From contig OZ223209.1 of the NCBI GenBank assembly GCA_965140415.1, forward strand, positions 3,392,001 through 3,456,000: a DNA stretch of 64,000 nucleotides, given 5' to 3'. The notes under the pieces were generated by a model. The model was not told where the DNA came from, ran no database searches, and saw nothing but the letters and a program-made list of their open reading frames with translations. Positions within the stretch are counted from its first letter, which is position 1. Every line of letters starts with the position of its first letter. This stretch comes from Myxococcota bacterium. Lineage in GTDB: Bacteria > Myxococcota_A > SURF-8. The position numbers and the translations under genes are program-made. Below are positions 52,595 to 61,632 of this stretch, in pieces.

Positions 52595-53278
52595 CTACCT
52601 GGCAACTTCCGAGCTTTTAGGAATCGTCAATTGAATTGATGATCTTGAGTCTTCCTTACTCACAACAACTCTACCGCCACTGTCTTTCACTAATTCCAAA
52701 AACATATGCCATTCCGGCAATTTTTCAATAAAATCTCCGTTGGCATCGCACTGAAGCAGAATATTCACATTCTTCGCACCTGGTTGAATACTCATGTCGA
52801 TTGCGAGTGTATCCGATGATGCCTTCATCAGCATTTCGAGGCAAGCGAAAAGTGCATGACGAAAAGCGAAAGGATCTGCGGTTATCCGAATGTCTTCTTC
52901 CGGTGTTTCAAAATGAAATTTCGCCTGCCTTCGATCGATCAATCGGCTGGTTAAAACGTGCATATTCTCGGCAACATCGCGCACGTCAAATTCCAGTTCC
53001 GGTTCATCAACACTATGCGCAAAACGGTTCATATTGGAAATCAGCTCTTTGCCTCTTGCCACGTGGCGGGCGATATTTTCCGTGATCTTTCGCAGCTTTT
53101 CCGGTTTGATCGGTTTGCCTTTTTCCGCAAGGATAGTAAGATCCTGAAGCAGTCCCGACAATTCCCCGATAATCGTAATGACATTATTGAACTCATGAGA
53201 AACATTCGCCATGATTTTACCGAAGAACGAAAGGTCATTCTGGCGACGTTGCTCCATGTTTTTTCGTAAAATGTCCAT
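52595..53278 (-). CDS. HisKA-containing protein with degenerate ATPase domain (pseudokinase, putative phosphotransferase)
   Basis: H-box SHEFNN intact; N, G1, F and G2 boxes not recognisable. Confidence 0.75.
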   Translation of the reverse strand: MDILRKNMEQRRQNDLSFFGKIMANVSHEFNNVITIIGELSGLLQDLTILAEKGKPIKPEKLRKITENIARHVARGKELISNMNRFAHSVDEPELEFDVRDVAENMHVLTSRLIDRRQAKFHFETPEEDIRITADPFAFRHALFACLEMLMKASSDTLAIDMSIQPGAKNVNILLQCDANGDFIEKLPEWHMFLELVKDSGGRVVVSKEDSRSSIQLTIPKSSEVAR

Positions 53279-53286
53279 ACACACCG

Positions 53287-53664
53287 TTACTTTCGATAAA
53301 GCGAGATAGCTTCATTCATTTTTACGATAAGATCGTCCAAGTTGATAGGTTTTATCAAATAATCAATCGCTCCGGCCTTGAAACCTTCTTCACTGGCCTC
53401 GGGCGACATGTGACCGGTTAACAGAATTACAGGAAGTGTTGGATGAATTTCCTTAATCCGCTTCATCACTTCAACACCATCTTCACCCTTTAATTTCACA
53501 TCCAGCACGACAATGTCGAAAGACGCGTTCCGTATCTGTTCGATAGCATGGTCACCGGAATTCACACCAACTGCATCCACACCACGAAGTTCAAGGCGCT
53601 CTACCAAGGTGGAAACGAGATCATCTTCGTCGTCTACAATAAGAACCTTCAACACATCGGCCAT
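53287..53664 (-). CDS. single-domain response regulator
   Basis: LIVDDE, LDVKL, LTGH, IKP. Confidence 0.92.
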   Translation of the reverse strand: MADVLKVLIVDDEDDLVSTLVERLELRGVDAVGVNSGDHAIEQIRNASFDIVVLDVKLKGEDGVEVMKRIKEIHPTLPVILLTGHMSPEASEEGFKAGAIDYLIKPINLDDLIVKMNEAISLYRK

Positions 53665-53677
53665 ACATGTTCTCCTT

Positions 53678-55384
53678 TCACGACTGCCTCTGCACCGGTA
53701 GGGTAACCGTAAAACTTGTCCCTTTTCCGATTTCGCTTTCAACCGAGATCGTGCCGCGAAGTTTCTGAACGATTCCGTATGTGATCGAAAGTCCTAATCC
53801 GGTTCCCTTGTTTTTCTTAGTGGTAAAAAACGGTTCGAAAACTCTTTCCAGATCTTTTTTCGGGATTCCAACACCATCATCCGCAATCGTAATTGCGACC
53901 TTTTCAGAAAGGACCGTCTCGATTGTGATGATCAGCTGTCCACCCTTTTTCATTGCATCGAATGCGTTATTGATGAGGTTTAAGAACAACTGCTGCAATT
54001 GTCCTTTATCACTGTGAATTGTGGGCAACGTCTCCGACACTCTCATATCGACATTGATATCTCGATAGGATGCCTCTTTTTCCAGAAAACCCAATACATC
54101 ATGAATCAAGGCATCAATCGCGACGGGTTCGTGCTTGACATCCATATGCCGGGCAAACCCAAGTAGTCGGTGAGTGATATCGCTACAACGATTAACAGAC
54201 TGAATAATCTTATCAGTTTGTTTTACCAGCTTTTCCTTATTCGGCAAATCTCCAGACATCGCCAGGATATCCGTTATCAATCCGGCTTTCTCGTTGATAA
54301 TGGCCAGCGGGTTGTTGATTTCGTGGGCGACACCCGAGGCCAAACGACCAATGGATGCCATGCGATTGGTGTGCTCGATGTTATGGAGTGTCGCTTCGCG
54401 TCGCAGATCCGCTTCTCGAATGCGCCTTACCCAACTCGCAGTAATACGCATAATCAACAACAAAACAGCGATCACGCTCACAATCAGAATAGCCAGCATC
54501 TCTCCTTGATATGCCAACCACCCCGCCATCATATTCCGTTGGTTAACGAGGATAATGAAAATGAAAGGGGAATTCTCTATATAGGCCGAACCCATAAAAT
54601 ACTTCTGATCTTTTACGACCATTTCCTCGAACAATTCGGAACTTTCGCTATATGGAGGAATCTCACCGCTAAAGGTACCCAATGCTACACCGCAAAGCCG
54701 TGACGGTGTCTGCAAATGCCCTTCTTTGTTGATCAGAAAAGCATCGCTGTGACGTTTCGGTCCGGCGATCTGAATTTGTTTGGCTATACCCTCGATGTCA
54801 ATTGTGGCACGGAAAATCAAGGGTTTCCCTCTGGCCACATCTCGTTTGACCGCAATAATGAAATGAGGGAGTTTTCTGTGACCCAGGAACACATCACTGA
54901 CGTAGACATCTCGAACAAGAGATTTGTTGAACCAGTCCTGATCGCGGTAATCCTTGCCATGCAAATCGTAGGGACCGGCATAGGTCTGCATAATACCATT
55001 GGAATCCACCACACCGATATCAACAAGCCCGCCAAATGAACGACGCATCCGTGTAAAAATTCCTGCAAGTTTGTCCGGATCAAAAAGATCTTCCGGCTGT
55101 TCCCGAGAAACAACATATTGCGCGGCTGAAATCCGTTCCGCCAAAAACGATTCCAGCGATCGCTTTGTGATTGCTGTAATACGCTGAATGGGTTGGGTAA
55201 TTTCTTTCCGGAAGGACTGATGGTACAGGTAATAGTTAACACCGGTAATCGTTAATAATGGAATGATGCACACCGCAGCAACTGCTAAAACGGTATTGCG
55301 CCACATCCGCCGATATCGTGAAGGAAGCCCTTTGTCGTCTATCGGATCTTCAATAAAAACAAATTTTTCAACTAGCCGTCCCAA
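53678..55384 (-). CDS. membrane sensor histidine kinase with Cache-like periplasmic domain
   Basis: Two TMs, YxDQDWF and SDVFLGHR Cache-like motifs, AHEINNPL, NLINNA, DDGVG, FFTTK, GTGLGL; TTG start. Confidence 0.92.
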   Translation of the reverse strand: MGRLVEKFVFIEDPIDDKGLPSRYRRMWRNTVLAVAAVCIIPLLTITGVNYYLYHQSFRKEITQPIQRITAITKRSLESFLAERISAAQYVVSREQPEDLFDPDKLAGIFTRMRRSFGGLVDIGVVDSNGIMQTYAGPYDLHGKDYRDQDWFNKSLVRDVYVSDVFLGHRKLPHFIIAVKRDVARGKPLIFRATIDIEGIAKQIQIAGPKRHSDAFLINKEGHLQTPSRLCGVALGTFSGEIPPYSESSELFEEMVVKDQKYFMGSAYIENSPFIFIILVNQRNMMAGWLAYQGEMLAILIVSVIAVLLLIMRITASWVRRIREADLRREATLHNIEHTNRMASIGRLASGVAHEINNPLAIINEKAGLITDILAMSGDLPNKEKLVKQTDKIIQSVNRCSDITHRLLGFARHMDVKHEPVAIDALIHDVLGFLEKEASYRDINVDMRVSETLPTIHSDKGQLQQLFLNLINNAFDAMKKGGQLIITIETVLSEKVAITIADDGVGIPKKDLERVFEPFFTTKKNKGTGLGLSITYGIVQKLRGTISVESEIGKGTSFTVTLPVQRQS

Positions 55385-55421
55385 ACCCCATGAACCTCCA
55401 AGGTTACGTGCTCGCTTTCGA

Positions 55422-56633
55422 TTATTCTTTCTCTTCCTTTTTCGCTACGAGTTTCGCTTCTCTCATGGTTTTTGATAAAAGCTCGATATCGACAGGCTTT
55501 TCCAAATATGCAAAAGCACCGAGGGACATGCAGAGTTCCTTGTCTTTCTCGCTGCCATGACCGGTAAGGACAATGACTTCAACTTCTGGATGCTCTCCCT
55601 TGACACGCCGTAACACTTCGATACCATCGATTCCAGGCATCTTCAGATCCAGCACCATCACTTCCGGCTCTTCTTCTTTCAACAAGCTCAATGCTTCCTC
55701 ACCGCTATACGCGACAGCCGGCTCCATGTCGCGCATTTCCAGTCGTTCGGAAAGAGTCATTACGAAGTCTTTTTCATCGTCCACCAACAGCACCTTATCC
55801 GGCAGATCGAAATCGACATCGGCAAGAATGGAGGTCGGACGATAGTTAGGACCGGTTTTAACATTCACGTCATTCACACCATTCACCTTCCCCAAGAGTT
55901 TCTTCAACTCGGTTTCCAATTTCTCTAGACGCATGACATATTCATCGACCAGTACGGTGATAACTCCTGCCTCACAGGAAACGGCATGAAAATATCCCGC
56001 TTCAACCAGCGCCAACTCACCTTTGGCCGCAATGACGAAATCCGCAAGTGCGGCTTCGGAGGCCGCCGTATAAGCCATGATCCCTTTCTGGGCGTTTTCG
56101 ATAATCAGATCCACCGCCTTGTCAATTCCCGTCTCGTTGACCGGAATCTTCAGGTCGTACAACGTCTGATCCCAAGGCTGCACTCCAAACAGCCTTTTAC
56201 TCCATTGGGCGCGCTTCAAATCTTCTTCACGCACCTTCTGTTGCGCGGCATCCAAACGAATACCTTGTTCTTTTTTTAACTGCTCTGCCCGATATTCCGG
56301 ATCGCTCAATAGGCACACACGCAACACATGACCGATATTGCGCGGAATCAATTGCGAGGCAAACCCATGTAGAATCTGCTTATCGGCAAGCATTTCTGCC
56401 AATTGAAGTTTGAGCTTTGCAAGATTCTGCTCACGACGATGCGTGAACTTGTTAAACAGAAACGGAGGCCCCTCCATCGCCCGTGCTAATTGATCCGTTG
56501 CGATTTTGAAACGTTCCGAGGTTTTCTCGAACAGAAGGTCGTCGATTCGGTCCCATTGGGTCTTTTTCGCGATCTGATTCGCGATTTCATCAGCTTGGGA
56601 AAAAGCAGCACTGAAAATCGAAATAATAGGCAT
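55422..56633 (-). CDS. cytidylate-kinase-like domain fused to C-terminal receiver domain
   Basis: N-terminal CMK-like fold with degenerate P-loop (LRVCL, YDLKI), short beta domain, REC (LLVDDE, LDLKMPG, LTGHG, EKP). Confidence 0.8.
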   Translation of the reverse strand: MPIISIFSAAFSQADEIANQIAKKTQWDRIDDLLFEKTSERFKIATDQLARAMEGPPFLFNKFTHRREQNLAKLKLQLAEMLADKQILHGFASQLIPRNIGHVLRVCLLSDPEYRAEQLKKEQGIRLDAAQQKVREEDLKRAQWSKRLFGVQPWDQTLYDLKIPVNETGIDKAVDLIIENAQKGIMAYTAASEAALADFVIAAKGELALVEAGYFHAVSCEAGVITVLVDEYVMRLEKLETELKKLLGKVNGVNDVNVKTGPNYRPTSILADVDFDLPDKVLLVDDEKDFVMTLSERLEMRDMEPAVAYSGEEALSLLKEEEPEVMVLDLKMPGIDGIEVLRRVKGEHPEVEVIVLTGHGSEKDKELCMSLGAFAYLEKPVDIELLSKTMREAKLVAKKEEKE

Positions 56634-56701
56634 CGCTCATCTCTTTCATCTAATCAGGCCCACAAGGAAAACATATAAACTTTTTTTCTATCGACAAGGG
56701 C

Positions 56702-56718
56702 TGTGGTATAGTACCACA
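56702..56718. promoter_or_regulatory. palindrome forming overlapping extended -10 elements (bidirectional promoter) or an operator
   Basis: TGTGGTA-TAG-TACCACA reads TGnTATAGT on plus and TGnTACTAT on minus, between divergent genes. Confidence 0.55.
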
Positions 56719-56784
56719 ACTTTTATAGCTGGTCGCAGCTTTTTTCAACATCAATGATGTCCAAACACGAGGAATAGTAAGCAT

Positions 56785-59370
56785 ATGTTGACTCGATTTC
56801 TCCCCTTTTTAGAATGGTTTAAAGGGTACAATCTAGGCGCTCTTCGAGCAGACTTCCTAGCGGGCCTGACTGTTGCACTGGTTTTAATCCCCCAATCGAT
56901 GGCATACGCTCAGTTGGCAGGTCTTCCCGCCTATTATGGTTTGTACGCTTCGTTCTTGCCCCCTATGATAGCCGCCCTATTCGGCTCAAGCCGTCAACTG
57001 GCAACCGGACCAGTGGCAATTGTCTCATTGATGACAGCAGCAACGCTGGAACCTCTAGCCACAACAGGCAGCGAGGCATTCATCACTTATGCTGTTTTTC
57101 TTGCACTACTGGTCGGTCTGTTCCAGCTTTCCCTTGGTGTTTTGCGCTTGGGAGTTATCGTCAATTTCCTCTCCCATCCGGTTGTAATCGGTTTTACCAA
57201 TGCTGCGGCCATCATCATTGCAACCAGTCAGCTTTCAAAAATGTTCGGAGTGTCGGTTGATAAGGCCGAACACCATTACGAAACGATCTGGCGTGTACTT
57301 GTCGCCGCCTGGCATTTTACGCACTGGCCGACATTCATACTAGGTGTAATCGCCTTTGCGATTATGATCGTATTGAAGAAAATCAATCCCAAAATACCTT
57401 ATGTACTGGCAGCGGTTGTCGTTACAACCGTGATTTCCTGGATGATCGGACTGGAAAACAACCAGAAAATTTCGTTGGACCAAATCGATTCACAGGAAAT
57501 CCAACAGAAAATAGAGGTTTTCAACAAGGATATTAAAGACATCGAGCTAGCCTCCGAAGCCCGCGCCATCATCAATCCCCAAGTTGAAAAGCTGGAAACC
57601 TCGGGTTCCGCACAAGTCTGCATGACTTGCCATACCCAGCACGACGTCAATCTGGATCAGTTGCGAAGTGACACCCCGGTCCGCCTGGAAGAAACGGTAT
57701 TACCCAAAACAAGCATGCAACTACATGCAATGGCCGGACTTCTGGACAAACAGGTCGGTCAGTTAAAGGAAAAAGCATCCGAAGTCAGAACGGAATTACG
57801 CGATCTCGAATTCAAGAAAGTAGAATCAAACGGCTCTGTTCGATTCGCATTGTTCGATCAGGAAAACGATACGGGTACAATCTGGAGATTGAAAGTCGGA
57901 AACAAGCCGCTCGACTTGCAAAAACTGGTGTTTATCGGCGGAGGCGCCGTTGTCGGATCTATCCCCAGCGGTCTGCCAAAGCTTTCTCTTCCCAAATGGG
58001 ACTCTTCCGTTTTCGGAAGATTGTTTGTTGCAGCAATCATTATTTCGATTTTGGGCTTTATGGAAGCGATTTCGATCGCCAAAGCCATGGCGGCCAGAAC
58101 CGGTCAGCGCTTAGATCCTAATCAAGAATTGATCGGTCAGGGTATCGCCAACATTCTCGGTTCCTGCGGGCAGAGTTACGCCGTTTCCGGATCATTCTCA
58201 CGTTCCGCAGTCAACATTCAGGCAGGAGCGATTTCCGGGCTTTCCAGCGTATTCACTAGTAGTCTGGTCGTGATCGTGCTGCTATTCTTCACCCCACTGC
58301 TGTACTTCTTACCTCAATCCGTTCTCGCAGCGGTCATTATGATGGCTGTCGTGGGTCTGATCAACTTCAAGGGCGTCGTTCACGCCTACCGAGTCAAACG
58401 TTCAGACGGCATCATCAGCCTAATTTCTTTCGCTGCGACCTTGGTCTTTGCGCCACATCTCGACAAAGGCATTCTGATCGGCGTCATTTTATCGGTCGGC
58501 ATTTTCCTATACGGCAAGATGAAGCCAGTCGTCGCGGAACTGTCACTCTGGAAAGATGGTCATCTTCACAACGCAAAACGTTTGCGGCTTCAACAGTGCA
58601 AACACCTGGCGGTCATCCGCTTCGACGGTCCACTGTTCTTCGCCAATTCCAGTTACCTTGAAGATGAAGTCCTTGACCGGGTCCGCTCGTTGCCTGATTT
58701 GAAGGCGATTCTCTTCAAAGCAGACGGCATCAGCGAAATCGACGCATCCGGCGAAGATACGCTTTCCCTTTTGATCGAGCGTCTGCGTTCGGGTGGATAC
58801 GACGTCTACTTTGCAGGCTTGAACGAACGTGTCATTGATGCTCTACACCGCTCACACCTTTACGAACGTATTGGAGAGGATCATCTCTTCATGACCGTTA
58901 CACAGGCGGTAGAGGCGCTCTGGCCGAAATTGCATGAAAACTCAGATGAAAAAGCATGTCCTTTGCGTCAGGTTGTTTCTCTGGAACAAGAGATCAGCGA
59001 ACCTGCATTACGCGTGCTGCTCGTAGACGACGAAAAGGAATTCGTCGATACGTTAGCGAAACGGATGGGTCGACGCAATATGGATGTCGATGTGTGCTAC
59101 AACGGCACCGATGCTCTCCAGCATGTTCACGACAACGAGTATGACACCGTAATTCTGGATCTGAAACTCGGTAACGAACGCGGCGAGGATATCCTAATTA
59201 AAATGCAGGATATTCATCCCGGATTGTCCGTTATCCTTCTGACCGGACATGCAACGGTAGATTCCGCAGTCGAAGCCATGAAGCACGGCGCATACGACTA
59301 CCTACTGAAGCCATGCGAACTAGAGGAACTTGTCGCGAAAATTCGTCAGGCACACAGTGAAAAGCAATAG
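56785..59370 (+). CDS. SulP/SLC26 anion transporter with CxxCH-containing loop insertion, STAS and C-terminal receiver domain
   Basis: PQSMAYAQLAGLP, GSSRQLATGP, NQELIGQG, GSFSRSAVN; CMTCH at residues 279-283; STAS FDGPLFFAN; REC LLVDDE..LDLKL..LTGH..LKP. Confidence 0.92.
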   Translation: MLTRFLPFLEWFKGYNLGALRADFLAGLTVALVLIPQSMAYAQLAGLPAYYGLYASFLPPMIAALFGSSRQLATGPVAIVSLMTAATLEPLATTGSEAFITYAVFLALLVGLFQLSLGVLRLGVIVNFLSHPVVIGFTNAAAIIIATSQLSKMFGVSVDKAEHHYETIWRVLVAAWHFTHWPTFILGVIAFAIMIVLKKINPKIPYVLAAVVVTTVISWMIGLENNQKISLDQIDSQEIQQKIEVFNKDIKDIELASEARAIINPQVEKLETSGSAQVCMTCHTQHDVNLDQLRSDTPVRLEETVLPKTSMQLHAMAGLLDKQVGQLKEKASEVRTELRDLEFKKVESNGSVRFALFDQENDTGTIWRLKVGNKPLDLQKLVFIGGGAVVGSIPSGLPKLSLPKWDSSVFGRLFVAAIIISILGFMEAISIAKAMAARTGQRLDPNQELIGQGIANILGSCGQSYAVSGSFSRSAVNIQAGAISGLSSVFTSSLVVIVLLFFTPLLYFLPQSVLAAVIMMAVVGLINFKGVVHAYRVKRSDGIISLISFAATLVFAPHLDKGILIGVILSVGIFLYGKMKPVVAELSLWKDGHLHNAKRLRLQQCKHLAVIRFDGPLFFANSSYLEDEVLDRVRSLPDLKAILFKADGISEIDASGEDTLSLLIERLRSGGYDVYFAGLNERVIDALHRSHLYERIGEDHLFMTVTQAVEALWPKLHENSDEKACPLRQVVSLEQEISEPALRVLLVDDEKEFVDTLAKRMGRRNMDVDVCYNGTDALQHVHDNEYDTVILDLKLGNERGEDILIKMQDIHPGLSVILLTGHATVDSAVEAMKHGAYDYLLKPCELEELVAKIRQAHSEKQ

Positions 59371-59458
59371 GTGAAAAAGAAACGGGATCTTATTGGTTTT
59401 TTCAGAAGTTTATGTCTTCATACAAGATCGAGCGGGATTGCAATCCCGCTCGTATCAT

Positions 59459-59482
59459 TTCCAATCAGGACGCAATCCAGCA
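59459..59482. repeat. perfect 24-bp palindrome (terminator or REP-like) between convergent genes
   Basis: CGAGCGGGATTGCAATCCCGCTCG. Confidence 0.7.
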
Positions 59483-59527
59483 TCCACCACCGTGATCTGA
59501 TAATGGCAAGGGTTAGAACATCATTAA

Positions 59528-61333
59528 CTACACTTGCTGTTTGGTAGGCAAGTCCAAGTGAAAGCGAGTAAATTCCCCCATGCGACTCTCAACAGAGAGA
59601 GCACCGTGGTGTTCTCTGACAATTCCAAAGCTGACAGACAATCCGAGTCCAGTTCCTTTATCTTTCGGTTTTGTGGTGAAAAATGCATCGAAGATTTTCG
59701 ACTGAATTTCTTCAGAAATGCCCGTTCCATTATCTTCTACTGTCGTGCGTATCAGCGCTTCATTATTCGTTTCAATTTTAGAAACAGTGATGAGAATCCG
59801 TTTGATTCCATCTTGTTGACCATATCGAGTGTTCAAAGAATCACGGGCATTGGTCATCAAATTCACCAAAACCTGCTGAATTTGCGAGGCACGACAAAAA
59901 ACGATAGGGGATGTACACTGGAGTGAATTTTCTACTTGTATCCCACTTTTTCTGATTGCATTTTGCATCAACGACAAAGCTGCTTCAACGATCTCTCCCA
60001 TATCGACAGCACTAGGTGGATCTTTATCCACACGCGAAAATGAAAGGAAATTTCGGCTAATTGACTCTATTCGCCTGCTTTCCAGAACAATTTCATTACC
60101 ATAGCGCCCCAATGGACTATCTGCGCTCGCTTTTTTCGTAATCAATTGAGCATAGTTTAAAATAGAATTGATCGGGTTATTGATCTCATGAGACACACCG
60201 CTTGCCAGTTCTCCAATCGTCTCCAATTTCTGTTTTTGACGAAGTTGCTCCTCGACTAAGCGTAAATCCTCTTCCGCTTGAATTCTACGGCTGATATCCC
60301 GTACGAATACGAAAACGACCTCCTCATTTTCCAGTTTGGCAAACTGAGTATTGACTTCCGTTGGGAACACGGAGCCATCTTTACGTCTTCCCTGTGCTTC
60401 CACATAAATGCGTCCGGTTGTGACATGTTGATCCATGATGTCGCTAAAGTTTTGTGCGACCTGTTCAGGCACCAACAGCTTGGCAGATAAACCAACTAGT
60501 TCTGACTTATTGTAACCGTGCATTTCACATGCTGCGATATTGCAATCAATGATCGTTCCATCAATCGTTTCTAAAAAGACACCGTCTTTGGAAGTGTTGA
60601 ATAATGTTCTGTAACGTTCTTCAGACTTTCTCAGATTCTTTTCCTGATCTCTACGAGAAAGCTCGGCATCGATCAATTCACGCTTGATTCGAGTCTGGCG
60701 ACGTTCATAGCTGAAAAAGATGAGACCAACGACCAAAAGGATAAACGATGCGAAAATGATTAAGCCGATATGTATGAGGTCAGAATCGCGTCTGTTATCA
60801 ACAACGGATTGATTCACCTTTTCCGATATCGCATGTATGCGGTTCCGGATCGAATCAAACACGATTTTGCACTTTATATCTATGCTTTTAAGATCTTGCT
60901 TTTGCTTGATATTCTTGATCTTTTCATCAACCAGCAAGCGAAATTCTTTCAAGTCAGAAAGAATCACCTCAACATCATTTGCCGTTGCTGTAGCAGTTGC
61001 TGAAAACAAACCGAAATACTTGGATGTCAGAGCTTGATGCAGCAGCTTGACGTTCCACTCCACTTCATCGAGAATTAAGCCTACTTCATCATCATTTTCA
61101 TCTACATTCTTCTCCACCAACGAGACAGTTCGTTGTATTTCGTCTAGCCGATAAATGGCTTCATAGGTGGCTTGAAGCGCCGTAACATTTCGAGTTGTAG
61201 CAGATAACCCCAAAAACCAACTGCCGAGGAAGATGCCGAAAAGGATCACGGCAAACAAAAAGAAAATCAGATAAACAGACCAGGGAAAAGAAGATGAAAC
61301 GTTATCTGTAATTGTCGTATTTCGCTGTTTCAT
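59528..61333 (-). CDS. membrane PAS-domain sensor histidine kinase
   Basis: Two TMs, PAS (RKDGSVFP, VRDIS), SHEINNP, NLMTNA, DNGTG, FFTTK, GTGLGL. Confidence 0.92.
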   Translation of the reverse strand: MKQRNTTITDNVSSSFPWSVYLIFFLFAVILFGIFLGSWFLGLSATTRNVTALQATYEAIYRLDEIQRTVSLVEKNVDENDDEVGLILDEVEWNVKLLHQALTSKYFGLFSATATATANDVEVILSDLKEFRLLVDEKIKNIKQKQDLKSIDIKCKIVFDSIRNRIHAISEKVNQSVVDNRRDSDLIHIGLIIFASFILLVVGLIFFSYERRQTRIKRELIDAELSRRDQEKNLRKSEERYRTLFNTSKDGVFLETIDGTIIDCNIAACEMHGYNKSELVGLSAKLLVPEQVAQNFSDIMDQHVTTGRIYVEAQGRRKDGSVFPTEVNTQFAKLENEEVVFVFVRDISRRIQAEEDLRLVEEQLRQKQKLETIGELASGVSHEINNPINSILNYAQLITKKASADSPLGRYGNEIVLESRRIESISRNFLSFSRVDKDPPSAVDMGEIVEAALSLMQNAIRKSGIQVENSLQCTSPIVFCRASQIQQVLVNLMTNARDSLNTRYGQQDGIKRILITVSKIETNNEALIRTTVEDNGTGISEEIQSKIFDAFFTTKPKDKGTGLGLSVSFGIVREHHGALSVESRMGEFTRFHLDLPTKQQV

Positions 61334-61632
61334 GGCACTCCAGCAACAAAACCTCAATGGGTTTGGAATTGCTACTTTACTTTTTACGCATGATGAGTTC
61401 TTGCCCGCAATTATCTCAAAGATGCTAATCGAGATTTACAGTATTGTCAAACATCTTGGAACTGGCACACAATGATAGCCAAAAGTTATTATTCATTTCC
61501 TTGTCGCAAACATTATGAGGCCAATACTTACATCACACGTATCTTTGTCTACTAAAATCGTTGACCTATGTTGCGCTCAATGGTAGCTTACAAAATCTTT
61601 TTCCTTGCCGTGATTCCTCACATGGAGGTCAA

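Noticed and set aside
55368-55391. Alternative ATG start or frameshift in the sensor kinase gene
   Set aside because: The ATG at 55391 is only 3 nt from GGAGG and stops after 7 codons, while the in-frame TTG at 55384 has suitable spacing.
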